A DNA stretch of 64,000 bases from Macrostomum hystrix (taxonomy: Eukaryota; Animalia; Platyhelminthes), in the NCBI GenBank assembly GCA_950097015.1, contig CATNEN010000003.1, positions 372,001-436,000 of the forward strand, written 5' to 3'. The notes below the pieces were generated by a model. It did no database searches. It saw only the letters and a list, made by a program, of their open reading frames with translations, and was not told the DNA's origin. The position numbers and the translations under genes are program-made. Shown here in pieces: positions 38,838-52,272 of this stretch (position 1 is the first letter of the stretch; the number at the start of each line of letters is the position of its first letter).

Positions 38838-39985
38838 CCCTCTCACACTTTGGTATTACCCTCTCACACTTTGGTATTACCCTCTCACACCTTGGTATTA
38901 CCCTCTCACACTTTGGTATTACCCTCTCACACCTTGGTATTACCCTCTCACACCTTGGTATTACCCTCACACACCTTGGTATTACCCTCTCACACTTTAG
39001 TATTACCCTCTCACACCTTGGTATTACCCTCTCACACCTTGGTATTACCCTCTCACACCTTGGTATTACCCTCTCACACCTTGGTATTACCCTCTCACAC
39101 CTTGGTATTACCCTCTCACACTTTAGTATTACCCTCTCACACCTTGGTATTACCCTCTCACACTTTGGTATTACCCTCTCACACCTTGGTATTACCCTCT
39201 CACACCTTGGTATTACCCTCTCACACTTTAGTATTACCCTCTCACACCTTGGTATTACCCTCTCACACCTTGGTATTACCCTCTCACACCTTGGTATTAC
39301 CCTCTCACACCTTGGTATTACCCTCTCACACCTTGGTATTACCCTCTCACACTTTAGTATTACCCTCTCACACCTTGGTATTACCCTCTCACACTTTAGT
39401 ATTACCCTCTCACACCTTGGTATTACCCTCTCACACCTTGGTATTACCCTCTCACACTTTAGTATTACCCTCTCACACCTTGGTATTACCCTCTCACACC
39501 TTGGTATTACCCTCTCACACCTTGGTATTACCCTCTCACACTTTAGTATTACCCTCTCACACCTTGGTATTACCCTCTCACACTTTAGTATTACCCTCTC
39601 ACACCTTGGTATTACCCTCTCACACCTTGGTATTACCCTCTCACACCTTGGTATTACCCTCTCACACCTTGGTATTACCCTCTCACACTTTAGTATTACC
39701 CTCTCACACCTTGGTATTACCCTCTCACACTTTAGTATTACCCTCTCACACCTTGGTATTACCCTCTCACACCTTGGTATTACCCTCTCACACCTTGGTA
39801 TTACCCTCTCACACCTTGGTATTACCCTCTCACACTTTGGTATTACCCTCTCACACCTTGGTATTACCCTCTCACACCTTGGTATTACCCTCTCACACTT
39901 TGGTATTAACCTCTCACACCTTGGTATTACCCTCTCACACCTTGGTATTACCCTCTCACACCTTGGTATTACCCTCTCACACTCA
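38838..39985. repeat. 21-bp minisatellite, about 54 copies
   Basis: Unit GGTATTACCCTCTCACACCTT. Confidence 0.97.
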
Positions 39986-40624
39986 CAAAACCTCAGTGCA
40001 CCACTTCCTCAGTTCTTCCTACTATTTCGAATTGTTATTTAGCCATTTCTAATTTAAAATCTTCACAGCTCAGGCCATGGAAAGGCAACCAATTATCTTG
40101 TCTTTGTAGTGTAGCTTTTTAACGTCTTGAAGACAGAAAAATCATAACCGAGTGTTGCAGACCAGAACAATTTCTTTCAGATCTAATTAAACAGTAAAAA
40201 GCGTTTAGCTTCGAATACGCAGCTGAAGCAGTGCGAGTTGCTGAGCTTCTTACAAAATAAAAGAAAATGACAAGTTTTGCAGCTGATCTCCCCAGTCTAA
40301 ACAGAGCGAATTTGCCACCCTTCGCGCACCCTTCGCCCCCCCTGCATTTCAGACACTTGTGGCTTCCATTTTTAGAAGACTTTCATCTTCTGTCAAATTC
40401 TTCTGCTTCTACAAATTCTGGGTCATTGTCAAAAGTGTTTGCTCCTTGAGATTCGATAAAAGCAATGGGGATTACAATCGCAGAAGTCTGCAAAGTCAAC
40501 AAGCCTCTCAAAGCTGATTGTCTTAAGTCGTCCTGCAATTTGAAGGGTTTTAGTCACACGTTTCTCATGGAAGTGAGGGTTAACTTGGACTCCTGCAGAT
40601 TCTCACACAAGGTAAGAGCAGTAG

Positions 40625-41265
40625 GAAAGAAGGTGTGAGCAATAGGTGAGAAGGTGTGAGCAATAGGTGAGAAGGTGTGAGCAATAGGTGAGAAGGTGAG
40701 AGCAATAGGTGAGAAGGTGAGAGCAATAGGTGAGAAGGTGAGAGCAATAGGTGAGAAGGTGAGAGCAATAGGTGAGAAGGTGAGAGCAATAGGTGAGAAG
40801 GTGAGAGCAATAGGTGAGAAGGTGAGAGCAATAGGTGAGAAGGTGAGAGCAATAGGTGAGAAGGTGAGAGCAATAGGTGAGAAGGTGAGAGCAATAGGTG
40901 AGAAGGTGAGAGCAATAGGTGAGAAGGTGAGAGCAATAGGTGAGAAGGTGAGAGCAATAGGTGAGAAGGTGAGAGCAATAGGTGAGAAGGTGAGAGCAAT
41001 AGGTGAGAAGGTGAGAGCAATAGGTGAGAAGGTGAGAGCAATAGGTGAGAAGGTGAGAGCAATAGGTGAGAAGGTGAGTGCAATAGGTGAGAAGGTGAGA
41101 GCAATAGGTGAGAAGGTGAGAGCAATAGGTGAGAAGGTGAGAGCAATAGGTGAGAAGGTGTGAGCAATAGGTCATAAGGTGTGAGCAATGGGTGAGAAGG
41201 AGAGAGCAATAGGTGAGACGCTGAGACCAATAGGTGAGAAGGTGTGAGCAATAGGTGAGAAGGAT
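40625..41265. repeat. 21-bp minisatellite, about 30 copies
   Basis: Unit GAGCAATAGGTGAGAAGGTGA. Confidence 0.97.
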
Positions 41266-43314
41266 AGAGAACAGAAGAATTTTCGGTTTTGTTACAGTTA
41301 AGTTCCAATTTACGTAAGTTCAGGTAATCAAAAGCGTTGTTCTTGGCAATAAAGTACTCGTATTATCTCGCATTTCGGAACTCACCAGAACGAGAACTTT
41401 AGTCGCTCACAAGTTTGTGTCCTCTATCTATGGCCAAACTAGCCTTCTGACTGAGTTTAGTTAAGCCTATGACTCTGGGTGTGAGTTGCGGTGCAAACGG
41501 TAGTGACGTTTGCCCAAGAAGGCTGCCAATTAAATATGAAAGCGGCGGTATTGAATCCAACCAATCAGGTTCACCGAGGGAGGCAACTGTCACTCCCCGT
41601 GCAAGCGTCCACCTAGTCAGATGCATTTTAACTACTCAGGAAATAGCTCAAACAGACAGACTATGGTCCTACTGAGTTTCATAACGCATTGGAGCCATTT
41701 TAAGATTGCCTGTCGTATTCTGAGTGCTTTTAAGCCATTTCCAACTTTGGAAATGGGACCATGACGCGATTCTAAGCTGAAAAAAAATTGCAGGGACTCT
41801 ATAAATGACTTGAAAAAAAACGTTTCGTTTTTAAAGCATAGTGCACGTCTTGGTTACTGAGCTACCGAAGTGTTAAAAAGCCTGCTATTTTGTTTTTCGA
41901 TATCAGTATCACGGCGAAACTGTGACACTAAGGTCTAAGGTTGCTATCTCTCTCTATTACCCTGCTTCTTACTTATCTGATATTCAGCTCACATTAGACC
42001 AATCTACAGTCTGATCTTCACTATGTCTAGTTCTCATTAACTTCACTGACCTCCTTGTCAACGTCAGAGATTACGCTTCTCTGCTTCTCCGCTTCTTCTG
42101 CTTCAACAGTTCTAAGCTGTTGGATTCGTGAGGATTCGTGAGGCTAGCAATTATCAGGAAAATCCGTAGGTGTAAATAGTAGGCGTCAAATACTTTCTGA
42201 TGCTTCCTTTTCCTTCAAGATTGACAACAATGCGTCACATGTCCTCTTCACATTGTTCGACACATCAGTGCGGAAATACTGAATGTGATTAAGATAGGAT
42301 TTCATGGCAATTCCTATCTCCCCATTTGGTCCTTGCTGCCAGTCACGACAGGCGAACAAAGCTGAACAAAGCAAAGAATTGCGTAGATGCTTATAGACTA
42401 TGGGCTCAACAATGTCTAGATAGGTTGTATTTGGGAAAAGTTCGCTTTGTGATGGCGCCAAGTAGCAACGCAGCGATAGGGACATTGCGTGCTCAAACAG
42501 AACAGAACATGCTAAATGGTGCGCTCACTAAAAACACTGAGGACACGGGAGCTTTTGCATTTTTTACAGGAAAGTTAAGCGTTTGGCTGAGTTTTAAGCA
42601 CTGAAGCATAGGAATGGACGCGGTGCAGCATACATAATCTCACTAAGCGGTGTGGCTTCGGATAAAGCTGATGGGAGCTTTTAAATGGTTTAACAGAGAA
42701 AAAAGTGACAGAAATTCAGGTGCGGCGCAGGTAACATTTAATTCAAACACTGGGCTGTTTGTTCGGTGTCTACAAATATAGCGCCTCATCCATCATTAGC
42801 CGCTGTCACACACAGTGAAAGTATATTTGCCGAACCCTCCATTAAGTAGAAAACACAAGGTATTGTCTCGCTTTTAACCCCATTATCCATGAAGAACAAA
42901 AAACTGACCATGAAATACACGGTCTAGCAGTCCGATGGACACTGATCTCACAAGTCACAAGAACATCACAATTCCAAAGCCAGTTCAATTAGAGAAAGAC
43001 ACTTTAAAGCGAACTCAGCAGTTAAAATAATAGTTTTTTTCTGCGCCTCATCCATAGAGAGGCCGACTGGTCTCCAGGAAATGCGTTTCAGATTAACTCT
43101 GAAACAATGAAGGTTTTTTCTGATACGAACGAAAAATTGCTAATGCAAAATATATCGATTGCATTTCAACAATAAGCTGTTTCATTTCAATAGGCCACTC
43201 AAACTTAAAACCGATGTTAGCGATTTAATACACGATTTTTCATACCAAGAAGAAAATGTCAAAGCTTTTTGGCTCTAATTTTAGCATTCCTTAGTGTACA
43301 TTGCGAAAACTCAA

Positions 43315-43385
43315 GGCAGGTGTACACACCTGTGTGAGTAGAGTGCGTGATGCGCGGACTCAAGGGTCGGTGGAATGACTTGCGA
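43315..43385 (+). mobile_element. 3' fragment of the SINE family
   Basis: GGCAGGTGTACACACCTGTGTGAG matches the family body. Confidence 0.5.
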
Positions 43386-43505
43386 CGGTATTTTAGTGCC
43401 TAAAACCCCTACAACTAAGTAGGCCCTAGCACATGTGCTGACGCAGTACGTATTTATCGATTTCAGGTGCCCGATGACTCACTTGCTATTTTTAGCCCCA
43501 AAGAG

Positions 43506-46500
43506 TTACGAGTTACTCGGCAAAGTGGCGCGTATGTCCGCATTGGCATTGGCTGATCGGCACCCGGGATCCGACTGCAGGCACACTCCCGGCAGGCTGA
43601 AGATTGAAGCAGCTGAAATATTTGACAATTAGGGGATTCTAATTACCTAATTCTGAGCACCCTAGTGCTAATAAAAACAAGCTTACAATCTGGCAGGTCG
43701 TGAATCCCGTCTGGTAGGTGGCGAGAAAAGTACGCGTGCCGCTTTGCCCGATGGGCCGGGATGCGGGCCGAGGCGCGGTACCGAAGCAGCTGACGGAGCA
43801 GGTCGCGACCGCTGACGCCCAGGCGAGGCACCAGCAGCTTCAAATCGCAGCCAGGCCAGCGGCGTGCTGACCAGGAGGACAGCTCCTGGCTGCTGGAACT
43901 GCCTGGCCAGTTGGCCTCCGTGGGACTGCCTGCGAGGTGTCGAGAGATATTGAGATTCCTGATCACTCATTTGTACGCAAAGTGTTACATGTTTTTCAGA
44001 CTTTCAGCTGAAAAATAAAAAATGTTTGGAACCACAGAATGCGGCTTTGAGTGAAAGAATAGGATTAGGAGTGGCAGATTAGGATTTAAGGTGATAGATT
44101 AGAATTAGGAGTGACAGATTAAGATTAGGGGTGACAATATGATTAGGAGTGACAGAATAGGAGTCGGAGTGACAGAATAAGATTCAGATTCAGAGTCACA
44201 GAATAGGATTAGAAGGGACAGACTAGGATTAGAAGGGACAGATTAGGATTAGGGGTGACAGAATAGGATTCGGAATGACAGAATAGGATTCGGAGTGACA
44301 GATTAGGATTAAATTTTACAGAATAGGATTCGGATTAGGAGTGACAGAATAGGATTCGGATTTGGAGTGACAGAATAGGATTCGGATTCAGAGTGACAGA
44401 ATAGGATTAGGAGTGGAAGATTAGGATTTAAGGTGATAGATTAGAATTAGGAGGGACAGATTAGGATTAGGAGTGACAATATGATTCGGAGTGACAGAAT
44501 AGGAGTCGGAGTGACAGAATAAGATTCAGATTCAGAGTCACAGAATAGGATTAGAAGGGACAGATTAGGATTAGAAGGGACAGATTAGGATTAGGGGTGA
44601 CAGAATAGGATTCGGAATGACAGAATAGGATTCGGAGTGACAGATTAGGATTAAATTTTACAGAATAGGATTCGGATTCGGAGTGACAGAATAGGATTCG
44701 GATTTGGAGTGACAGAATAGGATTCGGATTCGGAGTGACAGAATAGGATTAGGAGTGACAGAATAGGATTTGAAGATAAACACAAAATATCGACGTAACT
44801 CATCCAAAACATCCGATAGGATATTTATGGGATAGTTTTCCTCACCAAGCGTCCTAAAGATGAGTTCAAGCTGCTCTTCCACAGTGGCACCGGGAAACAT
44901 TGGCCGTCCAGTCAGCATCTCGTAGAAGATGGCACCGACTCCCCACAGATCGATATGAGTACCGTACTCAACGCAGCCCGTGAGCACATCGGCCGGTCTG
45001 TACCACAGAGTGCAGACCTCGTTTGAGTAGTTCTTGGTTGGCACGGAGTTCGCTCTCGCCAGACCGAAATCGGCCAGCTTTAGTTCGCCGTTCGAGTTCA
45101 GCAAAAGATTCTGAGGTTTTAGATCTCGATGAAGGCAGCGGCGCCGGTGGCAGAACTCGAGCCCGCGCAGCAGCTGATACAGGTAGAGCCGCACATTGCT
45201 CTCATGCAAAAGACCGTCGCACTCTTCGAGGCGCTGCTTCAGGTCCTTTTCCTGTTCAATAGATTTCAACCGACTGGTGTGACGTCTCGAATGGAGTTAC
45301 ATCTAGACTGGAGTGACATATAGACTGGTGTGACATATAGACTGGAGTGACACCTAGACTGGAGTGACATCTAGACTGGAGTGACATCTAGACTGGAGTA
45401 ACATCTAGACTAGAATGACATATTATAGACTGGAGTGACATAAATAATGGAGTGACATCTAGACTGGAGTGACATCTAGACTGGTGTGACATATAGACTG
45501 GAGTGACATCTAGACTGGAGTGACATCTAGACTGGAGTGACATCTAGACTGGAGTGACATCTAGACTGGTGTGACATATAGACTGGAGTGACATAGACTG
45601 GAGTGACATAAAGACTGGAGTGACATATAGACTGGAGTGACATCTATACTGGAGTGACATATAGACTGGTGTGACATATAGACTGGAGTGACATATAGAC
45701 TGGAGTGACATATAGACTGGAGTGACATCTAGACTGGAGTGACATCTAGACTGGAGTGACATCTAGACTGGAGTGACATAAAGAATGGAGTGACATATAG
45801 ACTGCTGTGACATATAGACTGCTGTGACTTATAGACTGCTGTGACTTATAGACTGCTGTGACATAGACTGGAGTGACATAAAGAATGGAGTGACATCTAG
45901 ACTGGAGTGACATCTAGACTGGTGTGACATCTAGACTGGAGTGACATAAAGAATGGAGTGACATCTAGACTGGAGTGACATCTAGACTGGTGTGACATCT
46001 AGACTGGTGTGACATCTAGACTGGAGTGACATCTAGACTGGAGTGACATCTAGACTGGAGTGACATCTAGACTGGTGTGACATCTAGACTGGTGTGACAT
46101 CTAGACTGGAGTGACATCTAGACTGGAGTGACATCTAGACTGGAGCGACATCTAGACTGGTGTGACATCTAGACTGGTGTGACATCTAGACTGGTGTGAC
46201 ATATAGACTGGAGTGACATCTAGACTGGAGTGACATAAAGAATGGAGTGACATCTAGACTGGTGTGACATCTAGACTGGAGTGACATCTAGGCTGGAGTG
46301 ACATCTAGACTGGTGTGACATATAGACTGGAGTGACATCTAGACTGGAATGACATATAGACTGGAGTGACATCTAGACTGGAGTGACATAAAGAATGGAG
46401 TGACATCTAGACTGGTGTGACATCTAGACTGGAGTGACATAAAGAATGGAGTGACATAAAGAATGGAGTGACATCTAGACTGGAGTGGCATCTAGACTGG

Positions 46501-46867
46501 AGTGACATCTAGACTGGAGTGACACCTAGACTGGTGTGACAACTAGACTCGAATGGTATATAGACTGGAGTGACACCTAGAATGGTGTGACAACTAGACT
46601 GGAATGGTATATAGACTGGAGTGACATCTAGACTGGAATGACATCTAGACTGTAGAGTGACATCTACAAATAAACAAACTAGATGATAGTTTCCAAGGAA
46701 ATTGCACATACTAGATACTCGAAAACCAGCGTCAGCGACTGCTCAGTGTGAATGACGTCGTGCAGTGTGACAATGTTGGCGTGCTTCAAATCTCTTAGTA
46801 GTGACACTGTAATTGGTTGTGGGCGATTAGTGAGTAAGGCTTTAACTACTATTACTACTACTACTAT

Positions 46868-46957
<90 letters not shown>

Positions 46958-49900
46958 CACTACTACTACTACAACTAGAGTAGGCATGTTTACTCTAGAC
47001 ATAGTAGACACAGCGAGTCATAACTTTCTGCGAACAAATTGTATTGACAAGCCTGGAGGCACCGCTCAAGCTGAAGATTTATTTTACTCCCAGACTGCTT
47101 CTGGGAGGGAGTCCTGTCTGAGCCTCAATCAAGAATGAATTGCTGCTGCTTGATTGCATGCTCAAGAGTAAATATTGGATATCATTTTGGTGAAGAGTAG
47201 AAGTGTAAACAAACAATGTTGAAGCAAGAATCCAGAGCATGTTTTGTTGCGAAAAAATTAGCAACAAGCTTTTAAACGGACCCCTGCAAATAATTTTTTT
47301 CTGAAATCAACTAGTTTCATGCTATAAAATGGAAATTGGCTCTAAATTTGCAACGCACACATACGTACTACTATAGTATAGTAGCAGTAGTATAGTAGAA
47401 TTACGTACTATTACATGCAGACGAGACTAATGTAAATAATACGAGCGTATCTCACCTTCACGAATGGCGGTGCAAGGCGCTCCCTCTTCGTGCTCAAGTC
47501 GGATTTCCTTAAGGGCCACTGGTGAATGGGTTAAGATAGACTGGCCCCGGTAGACAGTAGCGTAGGTGCCCTGGAGTTTGATTTACAGCTTTTAATTAAA
47601 TTGTTCTGTGCTTTCCTGTGCTTTTATGAGCACAGGATTGACCAGCTTAAAACTGAGATGATTGGATTAGGATGGAACAGGATTTTGATCAGAGTCATGG
47701 AATGAGGTGGTTGCGTGCTGGCTAGACTGTGCTATGGGTTAGAGAGTCGAGGAGGGGAGGTGGGTGTTGGCTAGACTGTACTACGGGTTAGAGAGTCGAG
47801 GAGGTGAGGTGGGTGCTGGCTAGACTGTACTACGTCATCACTCACCATGATGGTTAGAGTGTAGAGGTACGGTGGGTGTTTATCGTAGGCTGCACCACGA
47901 GTTAGAGTCGAGGAGGTGGGATGTGTATTGAGTCCGTGACGCTGAAAAATATCTTACGGCTTTACCTGTCCGAGCTTCTCCAACTTCCTGTAGGAGGAAG
48001 ACTTGCCGAAGCCGATATCAGCCAGGGAGATTCGGCGATCCCGCTTGCTGAGCAGTGTGAAGCTGAGCAGCGGCATCGGCTGAGCTTGGCTAGCTGGCTC
48101 CGGGGATGGATGGCGGCACCGAAGCCCGGCTGCGGCTGGCAACGAGCGGCGCTTTTTGTCATTGCTGGCTCGCACCGGCTGATCTGGCGCCCGCCTGAGA
48201 GTCACCGCCTCTGCCGCATGCGTGGCCAGCTCTGCATCTGCCGATGTTTCCGACGGTTGGTTGACTATTTCGCTGGCCTTGTCGGCTTGGTCCACTGTAT
48301 GGCTTGGAGCTGGAGAAGACACAGCGGAGTGAGGTGGGTGCGTCAAAAAAGAGCGGAGTGGGGTGGGTGTTTAATGAGACAAAAAGAGCGGAGTGCAGTG
48401 GGTGCTGATATGACAAAAAGAGCTGAGCGGGGTGGGTGCTGATAAGACATAAAGAGCGGAGTGGGGTGGGTGATGATTAGACAAAAAGAGCGGAGCGGGG
48501 CGGGTGATGAAAAGACAAAAAGAGCGGAGTGAGGTGGGGTTAGAGTGTGATGGCATATACGAGCTTATTCGTGGCAATCGAAATGGCATGTCTAAGTTGA
48601 GTAGTTCTAACTAGAGAAATTAATCTTCGTTTACATGTTTTTGCAATAATTGCATTCTGCAAAAAACCGTTACTTGTTTAAATGATTCTCAAGTTGGGTC
48701 TCACATGGCGACTGGGACGGCCGTCGGCACAGCAGGAGGCCGATAAAGTTGCACAGCATGATGCTTGCAGGGTGGAGCAGCCTATTTAAGAAGGCTGGTT
48801 AAATCGGTTTTCCTGAGCCTGTCTGTCTGCTGGCAGTGGAATCTAGCTCCCAATGTTTAATAATCCCATGGCAGCCAGTCATATTTCTCCTATTGGAGCA
48901 GGCTGAGGCGGTGCGTAAATATCTTTTGCAAATTCGTTGCAGTCTGGCGCGAACTAAGCCAGAGATGAGGGACGAGCAGACAAGATCCGAGGAGGCTGTC
49001 TGCTGCCTGATCCACTGGGTTGTACGAGTGGCCGGGTTGACGCCATGTGCCAGTGAATGCCGTTATTCAATTACAGACGCAGCCTGACTATAAGAGATAT
49101 AGGCCCCCAGGGTGTCTTGTTTGCCCCGATTCCTTCATCATTCGTGCTGTTCCATTTTTCCTCTTATCCAATTAACACTGGGCTGACTGTCTGGCCTTCC
49201 GTGGAACGCATCCCGACGTGTATTGCATCGCTGCCTGGGGGAGGCATTCTAAGACATGCGGGTGACACCGGCTTTGCTAGTCATCACTGCTCTTCAAATC
49301 TAAATGGGGACGCCGGCAAAATCATTGTAGGCTCATTTGGAACCAATATTAATTACCTTCTTAAACCCAATACCTATGTCGCTCAGATTGTTTGATTTTT
49401 TGTACCAACTTTCTAAACAGGTGAGTTTCCTTCAAACCAACTGTCTAACAGGTGAGTTTCCTTCGAACCAACTGTCTAATAGGTGAGTTACCTTCGAACC
49501 AACTGTCTAACAGGTGAGTTTCCTTCGAACCAACTGTCTAACAGGTGAGTTTCCTTCGAACCAACTGTCTAATAGGTGAGTTACCTTCGACCCAACTGTC
49601 TAACAGGTGAGTTTCCTTCGAACCAACTGTCTAATAGGTGAGTTACCTTCGAACCAACTGTCTAACAGGTGAGTTTACTTCGAACCAACTGTCTAACAGG
49701 TGAGTTTCCTTCGAACCACTGTCTAACAGGTGAGTTTCCTTCGAACCAACTGTCTAACATGTGAGTTTCCTTCGAACCAACTGTCTAACAAGTGAGTTTC
49801 CTTCGAACGAACTGTCTAACAGCAGAGTTTCTTTCGAACAAGCTGTCTAACAGGTGAGTTTCCTTCTAACCAGCTGTCTAACAGGTGAGTTTCCTTCGAA

Positions 49901-52272
49901 CCAGCTGTCTAACAGTAGAGTTTCCTTCGAACCAGCTGTCTAACAGTAGAGTTTCCTTCGAACCAGCTGTCTAACAGTAGAGTTTCCTTCGAACCAGCTG
50001 TCTAACAGTAGAGTTTCCTTCGAACCAACTTTCTAAACAGGTGAGTTCCTTCGAACCAACTGTCTAACAGGTGAGTTTCCTTCGAACCAGCTGTCTAACA
50101 GTAGAGTTTCCTTCGAACCAACTGTCTAACAGTAGAGTTTCCTTCGAACCAACTTTCTAAACAGGTGAGTTACTTCGAACCAACTGTCTAACAGGTGAGT
50201 TTCCTTCGAACCAACTGTCTAACAGGTGAGTTTCCTTCGAACCAACTGTCTAACAGGTGAGTTTCCTTCGAACCACCAGTCTAACAAGTGAGTTTCCTTG
50301 GAATCTAGTTTCCTTCTTCTAGCTAAGCCATTTTATCGTCGATATATTTATTTCGTGACCAGATTTTCACGCTCTTACTATTAGTAGTGCGAAATGGTCG
50401 TGGCAATTGATTTTTATTTCTAACTTCGTTTCGCATTTGCCGATTCCGTCCAGTTATTATGCGAAATGTTACAGGAGAATAAAAAAATATGGCACACTGG
50501 TGCTGCAATGGGATGACAGCATTCTAGTGCCAACAGAACACTAATTTGATACCATCGCAGTACACAGAATATTTTTGTTGTCTTATATAGATCGCAATTC
50601 CATTGATTCATGCGAGTACAATTGAGGAGACTGTAATGCTGCTTGCTCTCTTTTTCTAGATCATAAAAGTACACATTCTAATCCGGAGTTGCACCTGAAT
50701 CTGTTTTTGAACACGTTGCTTTATAGACAGCTTGACAGAAAGTAATTTTTCTACTCTGTTTAAATCTTTCAACATTGCTGATTCACTGCCACTAAAAAGG
50801 AAAATTTTGCTTTTTCTGTATAGTATTTATCACAGGTGAAGTAAATAAAGAAAAAATCTTAACAAACGTAAATCACAACTTGTGTCCTGTAGTACTGAGA
50901 CACTCACAATTCGTCTTATCTCTGCTTGATCACAATATCTATATGCTAGGACATTGTACAGTGGCTCATTTGTTTCTTATCAGTATCTCTTCCCCGCTGT
51001 AACTACTATGATAACCATTATCATGCTCATATAACCACCAATATTCCTATCACTGATTTATTGGCTGGAACGTCAATTAATTTATTAATAATTTGTTAAT
51101 ATATAATTGGCACCCACTTCCATCTCTGCAGGATCTCACCCAGTGGTCTCCTCTCTTCTTAACTCCCCAACTCAGGTCACAAATCTCGAGCATTTTGCCT
51201 CAAACAGTTGCCTCAGTCCTGACGTCTTGACTGACAGTCTGCAGCAGCTGTGAGCGTTCGAGTGAGTGAGGGTGCCAGTGCTAGAAGCCGACTGAGCAGC
51301 TGTGGAAGTGACTGTGGCTCTAATTTGTACTTTTTTCGTTTATGGCTTCTGTTAGCGATCGTTGCAGGACAACTTGCATAGGCTCACGCAGAAGCAGCTG
51401 TTTGGGTCTAATAAATGTATTCATAAACTAAAGTGTCACAGCACAGCTGCCGTTTCCTAGATGATTCACATGGTATTCCTTTAATAATTCTAGCGAAGCA
51501 TACTAATGAAAGCTCTCTGTTTCATCGATTGCATACGGCTCTTGGTGTTTAGTTGGGCAGCTTTGGGCTTTTCTCTAATGAAAATTCAAATTGCAACCTG
51601 TTAAAGTCGAGCGCAGATCGGATCGGATTAGAGGTTGAATTACAGAAAAAACTGCGGGTGAATTGATATGAGATATTCGATTCCACCAAGATTAAAATTA
51701 AATTGCCGAGACAGCTTGGTGAGACAGTTTGACATCGAAAGACATTTATATAAATTTCGTTTGTGTTGCCATATTTCACAGACAATTTCAGACACAAAAG
51801 CTTTCCTTCACTAACCATCTTTTGCTGCAGCATCAGTTGCAGCAGTCATCGAATGTCGTTGGGTGAGGGCCGACTTCGATCGCAACAACCTGCCAAGCAT
51901 GCCGCTGCCGCCACTGATTCTCCCACCGCTGCCACCATGTGATCGCAGTCTAATGAAACCAAGAATTTTGCGGGGACGAGATCTAGACGGCTCTTGTTGT
52001 GCCGGCTGCTGCAGCTGCAGCTGTTGTTGCTTAATAGCCGGTTGTGACTGAGATGTTGACAACCTCTTCGGAAACTGTTGTGCCAGGCCTGGACTATTCG
52101 TTCCGGCGTTTGAGGCTGTCACCTCTTCTTCTGGCAGATCGTGAAGCGCGCGCTGCTTCTGCTGCTGCCACTGCCGTCTGCGATTGGCAAAGTAGCTATT
52201 GGCATTAGCAGGATTCTCGTAGCAGTAGCACAGGTCAGTATCGTACGATTTGGAGCTGGTCAGGTTCTGCAT
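43506..52272 (-). CDS. CDK16: PCTAIRE cyclin-dependent kinase (CDK16/17/18 family). Exons 52272-51816, 48309-47966, 47570-47456, 46806-46712, 45251-44846, 43929-43687, 43612-43506; about 588 aa
   Basis: The exon at 47570-47456, absent from the ORF track, encodes GTYATVY...[36 protein letters not shown] and TLWYR are present. All introns are GT-AG and phase-consistent. The first exon is supported only by frame and phase. The symbol is a family-level call. Confidence 0.92.
44050..44772. repeat. 20-26-bp compound minisatellite with an internal block duplication of about 340 bp (CDK intron)
   Basis: Unit GGAGTGACAGAATAGGATT(CGGATT). The variant series at about 44055-44400 recurs at about 44400-44745. 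Confidence 0.9.
45270..46668. repeat. 17-bp minisatellite filling almost the whole CDK intron 46711-45252
   Basis: Unit GACTGGAGTGACATCTA. Confidence 0.97.
46845..46972. repeat. (ACT)n microsatellite, about 40 units
   Basis: Read directly from the sequence. Confidence 0.97.
48320..48545. repeat. Degenerate roughly 35-bp repeat next to a CDK acceptor
   Basis: Recurring GACAAAAAGAGCGGAGTGGGGTGGGTG. Confidence 0.75.
49405..50300. repeat. 31-bp minisatellite, about 28 copies (CDK intron 1)
   Basis: Unit GAACCAACTGTCTAACAGGTGAGTTTCCTTC. Confidence 0.95.

Noticed and set aside
38850-40052. 400-aa (LVLPSHT)n ORF, and similar ORFs at 13722, 23314-24059, 26438-27041, 33725-34148, 40580-41308 and 45544
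   Set aside because: These are translations of stop-free minisatellite units, often open in several frames or on both strands, with no signal peptide or gene context.
41925-43296. CACTAAGG ... CCTTAGTG as CACTA transposon ends
   Set aside because: Only 8-9 nt match and there is no target-site duplication.
46679-47138. Poly-Val and poly-Thr ORFs
   Set aside because: They come from the intronic (ACT)n microsatellite; only 46806-46712 is a real exon.
2425-50300. Regular short repeats resembling CRISPR arrays
   Set aside because: Units are head-to-tail with no unique spacers, there are no cas genes, and the context is eukaryotic.
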